A DNA stretch of 64,000 nucleotides from Candidatus Latescibacterota bacterium (GTDB lineage Bacteria; Krumholzibacteriota; Krumholzibacteriia; WVZY01). A program made the position numbers and the translations under genes. Below are positions 1 to 11,038 of the stretch, in pieces. The DNA lies in assembly GCA_963791045.1 (NCBI GenBank), contig CAWBQK010000015.1, positions 96,001 through 160,000 of the forward strand. The letters are read 5' to 3'. Position 1 is the stretch's first letter, and the number at the start of each line of letters is the position of its first letter. The notes below the pieces were generated by a model. The model was not told the DNA's origin. It saw only the letters and a program-made list of their open reading frames with translations, and did no database searches.

Positions 1-56
1 GGGTGTCGTTCTTCTTCTATAGAGGGGCGGAGAAGAGCCCGGCGTTCAGCCCGGCC

Positions 57-1508
57 TCATCCCTGTGGTTCCTCCATCGGTGCAGCAAGCACCGGATTTC
101 GATTAGCCGTCGTTTCATCCAGACGCCGCACGGGTGTGGAGTGAGGCGCCGTCTTGAGCAACTCGGGATTCTCTTCGGCCTCGCGCGCAATGGTTTTCAT
201 AACCTCGATGAAGCGGTCCAGCGTTTCTTTGCTTTCCGTTTCCGTCGGCTCGATCATGAGAGCCTCAGGAACGATCAACGGGAAGTATACGGTCGGCGCA
301 TGGAATCCGAAATCAAGCAGCCGCTTCGCAATGTCGAGAGTTCTGACGCCGTACTTCTTGAAACGCTCCCCCGAGGCGACGAATTCGTGCATACATCGCT
401 TGCCGTGAGGAATCGGGTATACGTCACCCAGTTCGTGCGCCAGATAGTTCGCATTGAGATTCGCCGCCCCGCTGACGCGCTTCAGACCCTCCGCTCCATG
501 TCGGGCTATATAAGTAAGAGCCCTCAGGTATATTCCAAAATTGCCGTAGAAAGAATGGATCGCGCCGACACTGGACGGGTTGTCGTAGTCGAACACCAGG
601 CGGCCGTCTTTTTCCGCCACCCGGGGGCCTGGAAGATACGGCGCGAGTGTTTTCGACACACCGACGGGACCGGAGCCGGGGCCGCCGCCACCGTGGGGCG
701 TCGAAAACGTTTTGTGCAGATTCATGTGCATGATGTCGAAACCCATATCTCCCGGCCGCGCGCGTCCGAGCAGCGCGTTGAGATTCGCACCGTCGAGATA
801 ACACAACGCCCCCTTTGCGTGGGCGCGTTCGATGATCTCGCCGATTTTGCTCTCAAAAATTCCGAGCGTGTTGGGAACGGTCAACATCAGCACCGCGGTT
901 TCTTCATCGAGCGCGGCGTCGAGCACATCCATGTCGACTTCGCCGTTCTCGCCGGATGGGATCGGATGATTTTCAAAACCGACCAGATGAGCGCTCGCGG
1001 GGTTTGTCCCATGAGCCGAATCGGGCACGAGGACCTTGTGTCGTTTTTCGTTTTTGTCTTCGAAATATTTCTTGGCAACGAGCATTCCCAGGAGTTCGCC
1101 ATGGGCGCCTGCGGCCGAGCCCAGCGAAAACGCGTCCATGCCGCTGATGCCGCAAAGTTTTTTCTCGAGTGTATAAATCACTTCCAGAGCGCCCTGGGTG
1201 TCCGAACCCGACTGCTCCGGATGCAAGCCGGCAAACCCGGGCATCGCCGCAACGTCTTCGTTTACTTTGGGGTTGTACTTCATCGTACAGCTACCCAGTG
1301 GATATAAATCCTTATCGACATGGTGATTGAGCGTGGAAAGCGCGACGAAGTGTCTTACCACCTCGGGCTCGCTGACTTCGGGCAGCCCGGGCCGGTTTTC
1401 CCTCAGGTACTGCTGGGGGATGTCGGTCGGTAACGGCGCGGGTTTCCCCGAACCGAACGCGTACCCACATCTACCCTCGCGGCTTTTCTCAAAAATCGTT
1501 TTTTGCAT
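57..1508 (-). CDS. gcvPB: Glycine dehydrogenase (decarboxylating) subunit 2
   Basis: YPLGSCTMKYNP, DSAHGTNPASA, PLP-lysine motif LHKTFSTPHGGGGPG, MIEPTETESKETLD. ATG at 1508 chosen over TTG 1523. Confidence 0.97.
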   Translation of the reverse strand: MQKTIFEKSREGRCGYAFGSGKPAPLPTDIPQQYLRENRPGLPEVSEPEVVRHFVALSTLNHHVDKDLYPLGSCTMKYNPKVNEDVAAMPGFAGLHPEQSGSDTQGALEVIYTLEKKLCGISGMDAFSLGSAAGAHGELLGMLVAKKYFEDKNEKRHKVLVPDSAHGTNPASAHLVGFENHPIPSGENGEVDMDVLDAALDEETAVLMLTVPNTLGIFESKIGEIIERAHAKGALCYLDGANLNALLGRARPGDMGFDIMHMNLHKTFSTPHGGGGPGSGPVGVSKTLAPYLPGPRVAEKDGRLVFDYDNPSSVGAIHSFYGNFGIYLRALTYIARHGAEGLKRVSGAANLNANYLAHELGDVYPIPHGKRCMHEFVASGERFKKYGVRTLDIAKRLLDFGFHAPTVYFPLIVPEALMIEPTETESKETLDRFIEVMKTIAREAEENPELLKTAPHSTPVRRLDETTANRNPVLAAPMEEPQG

Positions 1509-1519
1509 CCTCGATCCTT

Positions 1520-2863
1520 TCAAACCCCTTTGAGAATATCACGGAACAGCCCAAGATCGTCGTCGGTCCTTTTTTCAGTGACCGCGACGAGAAGATCGTT
1601 CCGATATTCGTCTCCAAAATATTTTCCGAGCGGAATCCCCGCGAGGACACCCTTTTCCCCAGCCTTACTCACAATCTCTTCCGCGGGAACGGGACAGCGC
1701 ACGACGAACTCCCTGAAGAACGGGCCATCGTATTTGAGTCCGAACCCGTCGATTTCCGAAATCATCCGGGCCAGGGCGGCCGCTTTGTCGTGGCAAATTT
1801 TACCGAGTTCGTAGAAACCGCATTCACCAAGAAGCGACAGATAAACGGTCGCGCGCAACGCCACGAGTCCCTGGTTGGTACAGATGTTGGACGTCGCTTT
1901 CTCCCTGCGAATATGTTGTTCCCGTGTCTGCAGGGTGAGGACGAACGCGCGTTTGCCGTCGACATCTTTTGTTTCGCTGACGAGTCTTCCCGGCAGGCTT
2001 CTCACATATTCTTTTTTGCACGCCATAAAACCGAGGAGGGGTCCGCCAAAATTCATATTGTTTCCGAGGCTCTGGCCCTCACCCACCGCGATATCGGCGT
2101 CGTACGCCCCCGGAGGCTGAACAAGAGACAGAGAAATCGGATCGATCGCCGCGACGAGGAGCGCGCCGGCGGCCGCAATGGCCTCCCTGTATTCCCAGGG
2201 ACACTCGAGAACGCCGAAATAGTTGGGCGTTTGCAGGAGAACGGCGGCGATCTCATCGTTCAAAGCCGAAACCAGCGCGGCCTGGTCCACCGCCCCACTC
2301 GCCGTGACGGCAACGGGTTCGAGAACAAAGTCGCGCCCGTTCGTATAAGTCCGTAGAACTTCCAGGTAACGTGGATGAACGCTCTCGGCGTACAAAAGCT
2401 TCCGGCGACGCTTGATCTTCGTCGCCATAAGCGCCGCTTCCGTGAAAGCCGTCGCACCGTCGTACATCGACGCGTTCGCTACGGGCAGGCCGGTAATCCG
2501 GGATATCGATGTCTGATATTCAAAGATCGCCTGCAACGTGCCCTGGCTGACCTCCGGCTGATACGGCGTATAGGCGGTATAGAATTCCGAGCGGCCCGTC
2601 ACATGCCCGATCACGGAGGGCACTATATGATCGTAAATTCCACCGCCGAGAAAACTCACCATATCGCCGGCCGGGTTGTTCTTCTTCGCGATACCCGAGA
2701 ATTCGCGAATAGTATCGTACTCCGTTTTTCCAGCGCCAATCGGGAGATCGCCCGCGACCCGGAATTTCTCGGGGATGGCTTCGAAGAGGGCGTCCTCAGA
2801 TGCTATACCGAGGGCCTCGAGCATTTGCCTGCGGTCGTCGCGGGTGTGATACAGGTAAGGCAT
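1520..2863 (-). CDS. gcvPA: Glycine dehydrogenase (decarboxylating) subunit 1
   Basis: FLGGGIYDH, FYTAYTPYQPEVSQGTLQ, LQTREQHIRREKATSNICTNQ. ATG at 2863 (MPYL) just after the gcvH stop. Confidence 0.97.
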   Translation of the reverse strand: MPYLYHTRDDRRQMLEALGIASEDALFEAIPEKFRVAGDLPIGAGKTEYDTIREFSGIAKKNNPAGDMVSFLGGGIYDHIVPSVIGHVTGRSEFYTAYTPYQPEVSQGTLQAIFEYQTSISRITGLPVANASMYDGATAFTEAALMATKIKRRRKLLYAESVHPRYLEVLRTYTNGRDFVLEPVAVTASGAVDQAALVSALNDEIAAVLLQTPNYFGVLECPWEYREAIAAAGALLVAAIDPISLSLVQPPGAYDADIAVGEGQSLGNNMNFGGPLLGFMACKKEYVRSLPGRLVSETKDVDGKRAFVLTLQTREQHIRREKATSNICTNQGLVALRATVYLSLLGECGFYELGKICHDKAAALARMISEIDGFGLKYDGPFFREFVVRCPVPAEEIVSKAGEKGVLAGIPLGKYFGDEYRNDLLVAVTEKRTDDDLGLFRDILKGV

Positions 2864-2864
2864 C

Positions 2865-3251
2865 CTATTCCTTTCCAACCATCTTGTCGTATTCGCTCTT
2901 TTCCATCAGACCATCGAGTTCGGCACGGTCGACCAGCTCGATCTTTACGAACCAGCCCTCGCCGTACGGGCTGTGATTGACGAGACCGGGGTCATCATTG
3001 AGAGCGGCGTTGACTTCTTTGATCAGGCCCGTCACGGGCGAGAACAAGTCGGCCACGGTCTTCACCGCTTCGATCGTGCCCATCGGTTCCATCTTCTTGA
3101 CCTCTTGCCCCTCTTCTGGGAATTCGATAAAGACGATATCGCCCAGTTCACCCGACGCGAAGTCGGTAATACCTATGGTCACGACATTCGAATCCGCTTC
3201 GAACTGAACCCACTCGTGTTCTTTGCTAAAACGCACATTCTCGAAACTCAT
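2865..3251 (-). CDS. gcvH: Glycine cleavage system H protein
   Basis: SKEHEWV, GITDFA..LGDIVF, lipoyl-Lys in IEAVKTV, VNHSPYGEGW. Confidence 0.97.
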   Translation of the reverse strand: MSFENVRFSKEHEWVQFEADSNVVTIGITDFASGELGDIVFIEFPEEGQEVKKMEPMGTIEAVKTVADLFSPVTGLIKEVNAALNDDPGLVNHSPYGEGWFVKIELVDRAELDGLMEKSEYDKMVGKE

Positions 3252-3267
3252 GCTGTGCTCCTTTCCA

Positions 3268-4380
3268 TTACTTTGCGCGACTTTTATAAAACGGAAGCGA
3301 TATCAGTTCCGCGCGGGCTTCCCTGCCCCGGATTACAACCTTGTATTCCGCCCCCTCGGTTTTTGCTTTCCTGTCGATCGAAGCCATACAGAGACTCTTT
3401 TTCAACGTCGGTGAAAAACCACCGCTCGTGACCTTACCGATTTCAACACCGTCCTTCACGACGACGTAACCCTGACGGGCGATGTTTCGCCCTTCGATAT
3501 CGAAACCGACCAGGGTTCGCGGCGGACCGTCCTTCTTCTGCCGCCGTAGCGTGTCGGCGCCGCGAAACGACTCTTTCTTGAGCTTCACGACCCACCCCAA
3601 ACCCGCCTCGAGTGGCGAGGTTTCGTCATCGAGTTCGTGACCGTACAAACAATAGGCGGCCTCGAACCGAAGCGTGTCACGAGCTCCGAGTCCAATCGGC
3701 AGAATGCCGTGCTCCGCCCCCACATCAGATAGCTGCCGCCAAACCAGCGGCGCTAGCTCGGGGGAAACAAAAACCTCGAAGCCAATCTCACCGGTATACC
3801 CGGTCCTGGAAACAAGAACTTCGGAGCCCTCGAAGTCGAAACGAAATCCCTTGTAGTAAGACACCTCGTCGATTTCGCGTCCCACGTCTTTGAAAATTGG
3901 CGCCGCCTTCATAATGTCTCTCGCCAGGGGACCCTGAATGGCGATCAGCGCATACGAGTCACTGACGTTCTCCACCTTGACGTCCTTTTGCTCGAACGAG
4001 AGAACGTGTTTGAAATCCTTGTCGATGTTGGCCGCATTGACCACCAGAATGATCCGATCCTCTTCGAGAACAAAGACGAGAAGATCGTCCACCGTTGATC
4101 CGTCTTCGCGGCACATCACACTGTACTGCAGCGCTCCGGCGGCGAGCTTTGTACAATCGTTGGTAATGATTTCATTGACAAAATTCTTGGCCCCCGGCCC
4201 CGTAACCAGGAACTCACCCATGTGACTGACGTCGAATAACCCGGCGCGTTCCCTGACGGCACGGTGTTCTTCAATAATGCTTCCGTAACTCACCGGCATG
4301 AAGAAACCGGCGAACTCCACCATTTTGGCGCCCAGTGTTTCGTGGATTTCCGCCAACGGCGTTTTTTTTGTTTCGATCAT
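3268..4380 (-). CDS. gcvT: Glycine cleavage system aminomethyltransferase T
   Basis: GLFDVSHMGE, SRTGYTGEIGFE, GLGARDTLRFEA; AAGGAG Shine-Dalgarno upstream. Confidence 0.97.
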   Translation of the reverse strand: MIETKKTPLAEIHETLGAKMVEFAGFFMPVSYGSIIEEHRAVRERAGLFDVSHMGEFLVTGPGAKNFVNEIITNDCTKLAAGALQYSVMCREDGSTVDDLLVFVLEEDRIILVVNAANIDKDFKHVLSFEQKDVKVENVSDSYALIAIQGPLARDIMKAAPIFKDVGREIDEVSYYKGFRFDFEGSEVLVSRTGYTGEIGFEVFVSPELAPLVWRQLSDVGAEHGILPIGLGARDTLRFEAAYCLYGHELDDETSPLEAGLGWVVKLKKESFRGADTLRRQKKDGPPRTLVGFDIEGRNIARQGYVVVKDGVEIGKVTSGGFSPTLKKSLCMASIDRKAKTEGAEYKVVIRGREARAELISLPFYKSRAK

Positions 4381-4510
4381 CCCATCTCCTTGTTCCGCAA
4401 TCGCAAACCCTTCGACCTGTCACCCCAGACGGAAACCACCGCCCCACAGGTCTCTTGTGGTCGTCCCGGCGGCCGGATCGTCCGCGTCCCCAAATAATAT
4501 ACGGCGACCT

Positions 4511-7360
4511 TCAACCACTCCGATCCCCCGCCGAAGGATCATTGACATCCCTCAACATGGAACCGGTGTAAGAGGTCTCGCACTTCATTACTTCTGAAGG
4601 AGTGCCCGTCGTCACCACCCGGCCACCGTCGTCGCCGCCTTCGGGGCCGAGATCGATGATATAATCAGACGCCAATATTACATCGGGGTTGTGCTCTATA
4701 ACAACCACCGTATTTCCCTTATCCACAATTTTGTTCAAACACATCCAGAAGCATTTGCACGTCGTCGTGATGAAGCCCCGTCGTGGGCTCATCCAGAAGA
4801 AAAAGCGTTTTGCCCGTGCCACGCTTCGAAAGTTCTGCCGAGAGCTTCACCCTCTGGGCTTCGCCGCCGGACAGCGTCGTCGCCGATTGGCCGAGATGGA
4901 TATAACCAAGCCCCACCGATTCGAGGGTCTCGCACTTACGTTTGACCGAAGGAATGTTCTCAAATAGCTCGTGGGCCTGGTTTACCGTCAAATTCAGCAC
5001 ATCGGAAATATTGTGTCCTTTGAACGTCAACTTCGAGCGTTTCCTGGTTATACCTTTCCTTTGCACGCCTCGCATTTCACATAAACATCCGGGAGAAAGT
5101 GCATTTCGACTTTGATAAGCCCGTCCCCCTGGCACTTCTCGCACCTTCCGCCCGCGACATTGAAACTGAACCGCCCCGGCTTTGTACCCGCGAATTCGGC
5201 TCTCGGGCAAGTTGGGCAAAAAGGTCCCGGATCGGGGTGAAGAGCCCAGTGTAGGTCGCCGGGTTCGACCGCGGCGTTCTGCCGATCGGCGACTGATCGA
5301 TATCGATAACTTTGTCGATGTGCTCGACCCCATCGATGCGCATCGTGCCTACCCGGAAAAACGTTCCCCTGGTGGAAGTGACGTTTGAGACCGAGAAACA
5401 AGATGTCGTTCACAAGCGTGCTCTTCCCGGAACCGCTGACGCCGGTCACACAGGTGAACACACCGAGCGGAAATCGACACATCTATCTGTCTTGAGATTG
5501 TTCTCGCGCGCGCCACGAACCACGAGATGGGTCCCATTCCCCTCTTTCGGGTCGCGTTTCTTAAGATCGGTCCCCGTGGTATTCAGGTAGTGCCCCGTCC
5601 GGCTCTCCGGCGTGTTTCTGATATCATCGACCGTGCCTTCGGCGACAATGTAGCCGCCACCAAGACCGGCGCCCGGACCGAGGTCGACGACGTAATCGGC
5701 GGCCAGAGGATCGTGTCCCGGTCATGTTCGATAACGATGACCGTATTCCCAGATCACGAAGTTCTTTGAGGGTACGAATGAGGCGTTCGTTGTCACGGTG
5801 GTGAAGACCAATGCTCGGCTCGTCGAGAATGTAGAGAACCCCCATGAGCCGTCGAGCCGATTTGCGTCGCCAGGCGCAGCCGTTGGGCCTCACCGCCGGC
5901 AAGCGTCGCGGCGCTTCTGTCGAGGGTCAGATAGTCCAGACCCACATCCTGGAGAAACTGAAGGCGATGCGTGATTTCTTTGAGAATCGGCTCTCCGATC
6001 GTTAAGCGCGTTTCCCTCGAGCTCGAGCCTAGAAAAAAACTGAAGAGGAATCCTTGACGCATGAGCGCGCAAATATCGGCGATACTGCGTCTCCCCGACC
6101 GTAACGGCAAGCGCCTCTTTTTATCCGTGCCCCACCACATGCCGGAGCACGCATCGTTACTCATGTACGATTCGATCCATTTCCGAACGCCTCGGAACTC
6201 GTCTGCCGATAACGCCGTCGGAGCCAGGGGACGAGCCCTTCATACGAAGAACGGTACTCGCCCTTCATTCGCTCGAGATCGACGTTGATGGTGATCTCCT
6301 CATCGGTGCCGTGCATGATCGCGTGGGTCGACCTTTCGTCGAGATCCTCGAAAGCGGTGTCGAGGTCGAATCCGTACATCTCGCCCAACGCCATGAGCTG
6401 CGACTTGCCCCATTCACCTTTTAGCTTTCCGAGCGGAGCAAGCGCCCCATCGGCAAGAGCTAGCGACGCGTCGGGAACGAGAAGCTCGAGATTGAAATCC
6501 AGCTTTGCCCCCAGTCCGTTGCACTCGGGGCACGCGCCGTAAGGAGAATTGAACGAAAACATCCTGGGAGAGAGTTCTCCAAAACTTACCTCGCAGTAGG
6601 GACAGGCGAAGTACTGGCTGAACAGCGCGTCTTCCTTACCGGGCACCGACACGAGAACAAGCCCATCCGAAAACCGGCTCGCCGTTTCGATCGAGTCGGA
6701 GATTCTTTTGTGGTTCTTCGCCGTCACCGTCAACCTGTCGACGACGATTTCGATATCGTGTTTTTTCTGTCTGGCGAGAGTGGGGATCGAATCGATGTCA
6801 CAAACGTCTCCATTCACACGCACTCGGACGAACCCCTCCTTCTGGATACGTTCGAAGACCCTCCTGTGCTCGCCCTTCCTCCCCCTCACCACCGGGGACA
6901 GGATCATGATCCGGTTCGACCCCGCCATCGACATTATGCTGTCGCGAATCTGGCCCACCGACCGCTGCGAGATGCGGCGGCCGCACTGGTAACAATGCGG
7001 CTCGCCCGCACGCGCGAACAACAGCCGGAGATAATCGTATATCTCGGTCATCGTCCCGACGGTGGAACGCGGGTTGCGCGAACTCGTTTTTTGTTCGATT
7101 GAAATCGCGGGGGAGAGGCCCTCTATGCGATCGACATCCGGCTTCTCCATCTGACCGAGAAACTGGCGTGCGTAGGCGCTGAGGCTTTCGACGTACCGCC
7201 GCTGCCCTTCGGCATAAATGGTGTCGAAGGCGAGCGACGACTTGCCCGATCCGCTAAGACCGGTGATAACGATCAGTTTGTTCCGCGGCAGCGTGAGACT
7301 GATGTTTTTGAGATTGTGTTCCCTCGCCCCCCGAACGACGAGGTCCCTATCCTTGCGCAT
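4511..7360 (-). CDS. uvrA: Excinuclease ABC subunit A, broken by many single-base frameshifts in 4700-6200 (probably consensus error)
   Basis: [32 protein letters not shown]. Fragments in alternating frames give [80 protein letters not shown]. The 2850-nt span fits a full-length UvrA. Confidence 0.93.
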
Positions 7361-7381
7361 GTGATGCCGTTCCTCCAGCGA

Positions 7382-7397
7382 TCGATAAAATTATCGA
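7382..7397. promoter_or_regulatory. Perfect 7-2-7 palindrome TCGATAA-AA-TTATCGA just upstream of the uvrA SD (candidate operator)
   Basis: Seen directly in the asnS-uvrA spacer; function inferred. Confidence 0.35.
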
Positions 7398-7414
7398 GGG
7401 GCGGACTGCCGATG

Positions 7415-8719
7415 TTATGGATTGAGTCTGTTCAAAAGTCTTGGAAACGGGATCGCCTCTCTGAGGTGTTTCACACCGCAAACGTACGCGACCATCCGCT
7501 CCACTCCGAGACCGAACCCCGAGTGAGGAACCGATCCGAACCGCCGGATGTCGAGATACCACTTGAATGCATCCATGGGAAGTTCGTGCTCCTTGATCCT
7601 CTGCTTGAGCAATTCGAGATCGTGTATACGCTCGCCGCCGCCAATGATTTCACCGTAACCCTCCGGCGCCAGGAGATCGACGGAGAGCGAGTAACGGTCA
7701 TCATCTTTGTCGGGCTGCATGTAAAACGCCTTGATGGCCGTCGGATAATGATGGACGAAAACGGGCTTCCCGAACTCGTTACTGATCACCGTTTCATCGT
7801 CCCCGCCAAAGTCTCCGCCCTTTTTGAACTCGATTCCCTTTTTGTGAAGAATCTCGACGGCGTCGTCATAGTGAAGTCTTTCGAACGGGCGCTTGACGAC
7901 TTCGAGCCTGGAGAGATCGCGTTCGAGATCATTGGCAAGCTCCGTCCCGCATGTTTCGAGACAGCGCGCCACGATGTATTCGACAAATTCTTCTTCGAGA
8001 TCCATGATGTCGTCGAGCGTGGCAAACGCAACCTCGGGCTCGACCATCCAGAACTCCATCAGGTGCCGCCGCGTCTTGTGTTTTTCCGCGCGGAACGTCG
8101 GACCAAAACAATAGACGCGTCCAAACGCGGCCGCCGTCGCCTCGTTGTACAGCTGTCCGCTCTGCGACAAGTAGGCCTTGTCGCCAAAGTAATCCGTCTC
8201 GAACAATGTGCTCGTTCCCTCGCACGCGTTGGGCGTGAGGATCGGCGCGTCGATGTTGTAAAAACCCCGATCGTCCAGAAAATCACGGATCGCCTTTATG
8301 AGATGATGCCGGACTTTCATCACGACGTGCTGCTTGCGGCTCCTCAGCCACAAGTGCCGGTGATCGAGAAGAAACGCGGGGCCGTGATCTTTTGGCGTGA
8401 TCGGATATTCTTCAGCGGCGGAAAGAAGCGTCACTCCCTTGATCATGATTTCGAATCCGCCGGGGGCGCGTTTGTCCTCTCGCGCCTCGCCGACAATCTC
8501 GACACTCGACTCCTGCGTCAGCTCACCGAGTAAATCGAACTCCGCTTCGGTCACGTCGTTCTTGCCCGCCACCGCCTGCACGTACCCGGTCCCGTCCCTG
8601 AAGATGACAAAACGTATTTTCCCGCTCGATCGGGTGTTGTGAACCCATCCGCGGAGCGTCACGGTTTCTCCGACGTGTGATGAGAGGTTTTCAATGTATG
8701 TGTATGTCATGTCGGACAC
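7415..8719 (-). CDS. asnS: Asparagine--tRNA ligase
   Basis: OB fold ([16 protein letters not shown]), [55 protein letters not shown]. Confidence 0.95.
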   Translation of the reverse strand: MSDMTYTYIENLSSHVGETVTLRGWVHNTRSSGKIRFVIFRDGTGYVQAVAGKNDVTEAEFDLLGELTQESSVEIVGEAREDKRAPGGFEIMIKGVTLLSAAEEYPITPKDHGPAFLLDHRHLWLRSRKQHVVMKVRHHLIKAIRDFLDDRGFYNIDAPILTPNACEGTSTLFETDYFGDKAYLSQSGQLYNEATAAAFGRVYCFGPTFRAEKHKTRRHLMEFWMVEPEVAFATLDDIMDLEEEFVEYIVARCLETCGTELANDLERDLSRLEVVKRPFERLHYDDAVEILHKKGIEFKKGGDFGGDDETVISNEFGKPVFVHHYPTAIKAFYMQPDKDDDRYSLSVDLLAPEGYGEIIGGGERIHDLELLKQRIKEHELPMDAFKWYLDIRRFGSVPHSGFGLGVERMVAYVCGVKHLREAIPFPRLLNRLNP

Positions 8720-9073
8720 ACCTGTCCTTTCAATCGTGAGCCATGTTCCGGTTCGGATAACAGATACGGGGCCCGTGGACCGGGGTGGCCGTCCGGTAGA
8801 AAAGAGGCCGCCGCCACGGTTCCGCGGTGATCAATTGTCTATAAGATAAACCGATTACGGAATGAGGCAAGCGCCCGAACCGCATCAAGCCACCGATAAT
8901 AACACAAAAATCACCAAATCGCCAAAAACGGAAATTGCAGTGACCCGTTCAAGCGGGAGCATCGACGGACCCGGCGGAGCCGCCACCATAACTTGTTGTT
9001 GAATTTGGCTTTATGTGATGCGACAAAGTTCGGTCTCAAAACTCCCCCGGAACATTCGGACGGCAACTCCGAC

Positions 9074-9089
9074 AGGCATGATTTTTGCC
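9074..9089 (+). promoter_or_regulatory. Sigma54 (-24/-12) promoter, AGGCATGATTTTTGCC
   Basis: GG(9075-76)-N10-GC(9087-88) with GGCA and TTGC cores, about 90 nt upstream of the likely start of the TPR gene. Confidence 0.7.
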
Positions 9090-9176
9090 AAGCCCTTAAC
9101 ATCAAAAGAGTTAAACACCGTAAACACAATAATATCGACTCAAACGACCAATTTCGTGACGAAAAGGAGAGCATTC

Positions 9177-11018
9177 TTGGTCCGATTGCCGCGGCCACCG
9201 GTCGCAATCTGCATGATTCTGGCTTTGATTGTTCTCGCCGTCCCCGTGAAGGACGCCGGTGCCGGCGTGTCCCTGTACCGGTCGGAGCAGGTGGAGAACG
9301 GAGCCCGCAAGATCCCGATCCTCGCCCAAATGTCATATCGGAATGCCCTCGCCGCGCTCGACGATGGAGACAAAGTCCAGGCGGAGAAACAACTGCTTCT
9401 GGCGATCAGGTATGATCCCGACTACTCGGACGCGTATTTCACTCTGGCTCGAATAAAGGCCCTGAGTCTTCAGCCCGACGCGCCCGTTTATTTGTTCCAG
9501 GCCGTCGAATCTTTGTGGCGAACATTCCGGACACAAAAACTGCTCGCCGTAAACGGCGCCGCCGCCGTGTCGTTCGTGTTGATCGCCCTGAACCTTTTGG
9601 CGTGTTTGGCGTTTGCAATAAAGTACCTCCCGTTCGTCGCGCACAAGCTTTCCGAAACTCTCGAGAAACGTTTTAACACGGCGTTCCCCGGCTTCGTCAG
9701 CTACCTGATTCTTCTTTCGCCCGTGGTCGCGTTCGTCGGGACGGTAATCCCGCTCGCGTACCTTACCGTGCTTTGCTGGTTGTTCATGTTCCGCAGGGAG
9801 AGAGTGTTGATCTTCGCCTTGATGGCGCCACTCATTGTGGCGGGAATCGTCGATCGGCATGTGCAGCTCGCCGAGATTTTGACCAACCCAAAATCATTGA
9901 CATCGCTCGTTGATCGAGCGAACGAAAGCGCCGGCGATGACTATTTGATCACCGAGATTGGGCGGACACAAAGAACGGGACTTGAGGCCGAAAAGAATCT
10001 TGCCCTCGGCCTTCTTCATTACAAAAAGGGCTCGTACTACGACGCATCGGAAAATCTTTTTAAGTCTACATCTCTCCAACCGGAGAATACGGCCAACTAT
10101 ATCAACCTGGGAAATGTCCACTTCATGCAGGGCGAGTACGAGAAAGCTCTGCAGGGTTACCGCAAGGCCGAAGTTATCGACCCCGTGGATCCGGTCTGTC
10201 AGTATAACCTTGCTCAGGCGTACATCAAGACGCTGATGATGAAGAAGGCGTCGCAGTCGCTTCACACGGCGTCCGAAGGCGGTATCGAGCACGAGAAAAG
10301 CCGGTATGCCCCGGACGCGCTCGATGCCCAGCTTGTATTTCCAAAACTTTTTTCGAGACAAGAGCTGTGGGCGTTGGCACTGAAGGAATCAAAGCTCCAG
10401 GTCGATTCCGCATCAATCGGGGCACTATCCGGTTTTGCCGGGATACCGCGCCGGGCCGGAGCAATACTGCTTCTTCTGACGCTTGCCGCCGCTGTAATCC
10501 TTTCGCGTCTCGTCAAGCCGGAGAAGCTGACATTTCAGTGTTCCAACTGCGGCAATCTTACGTGCAACACTTGCTGCAGCAATGACCGGGACATGAGCCT
10601 TTGCGCGGACTGCGCCGAGACCATCAAAACCGTTTCATCCGAGAAAGTCGTTGACGCGCTTCTTCGTCAGAAACGCCAGAGCGTGCTCGTGCGCCGCAAA
10701 AAATCGACACGAGTCGTCTCCATGCTTCTCCCCGGCATTCGGGATATTTTCTACGGCCGCGTCGGACGCGCCGTCTTTGTCGCCGGTTTGTTTTCGATAT
10801 CACTCACGTTTTTGATTTTCCGCGGCGCAATCGTAAAAGACCCATTCGCCGTAGTTGTACAAACGCCTCTTTGGAAGTTGATTCTTCCCGTTATCGGAAT
10901 CGTGTTTTCGTATGTATTGGCAGGCGCATCCAAACCAAATTTCAAGTTCAGGACTCAGCGATACGGTGGCCAATCGTCACGCCCCGTTGATACGGGCAAG
11001 TCGGCCAACGCCGCATAA
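9177..11018 (+). CDS. Multi-pass membrane protein with TPR repeats and a Cys-rich (B-box-like) zinc finger
   Basis: Likely TTG start at 9177 (AGGAG 7 nt upstream, then a signal-like segment). TPR patterns (AIRYDPDYSDAYFTLA; NYINLGNVHFMQGEYEKALQGYRKA), several TM helices, CSNC-x4-CNTC-x9-CADC. Confidence 0.8.
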   Translation: MVRLPRPPVAICMILALIVLAVPVKDAGAGVSLYRSEQVENGARKIPILAQMSYRNALAALDDGDKVQAEKQLLLAIRYDPDYSDAYFTLARIKALSLQPDAPVYLFQAVESLWRTFRTQKLLAVNGAAAVSFVLIALNLLACLAFAIKYLPFVAHKLSETLEKRFNTAFPGFVSYLILLSPVVAFVGTVIPLAYLTVLCWLFMFRRERVLIFALMAPLIVAGIVDRHVQLAEILTNPKSLTSLVDRANESAGDDYLITEIGRTQRTGLEAEKNLALGLLHYKKGSYYDASENLFKSTSLQPENTANYINLGNVHFMQGEYEKALQGYRKAEVIDPVDPVCQYNLAQAYIKTLMMKKASQSLHTASEGGIEHEKSRYAPDALDAQLVFPKLFSRQELWALALKESKLQVDSASIGALSGFAGIPRRAGAILLLLTLAAAVILSRLVKPEKLTFQCSNCGNLTCNTCCSNDRDMSLCADCAETIKTVSSEKVVDALLRQKRQSVLVRRKKSTRVVSMLLPGIRDIFYGRVGRAVFVAGLFSISLTFLIFRGAIVKDPFAVVVQTPLWKLILPVIGIVFSYVLAGASKPNFKFRTQRYGGQSSRPVDTGKSANAA

Positions 11019-11038
11019 CCTGAACCGGAGCAAACAAC

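Noticed and set aside
3-1307. Long antisense ORFs (also 7316-8533, 29557-30933, 42169-43272, 48541-49818, 52200-53549, 54528-56006, 57729-59159)
   Set aside because: Shadow frames opposite well-supported genes in GC-rich DNA, with no recognisable motifs.
4381-4510. Glycine riboswitch upstream of gcvT (GAGA-stem-GAAG pattern, hairpin 4414-4452)
   Set aside because: The required downstream CUCUCAGG/UCAGG element and P1 closure are absent; only a plain hairpin is supported.
8720-8870. T-box leader upstream of asnS
   Set aside because: Only a loose GCGGAACCGTG resemblance; no GGTGGNACC bulge, Stem I motifs or terminator.
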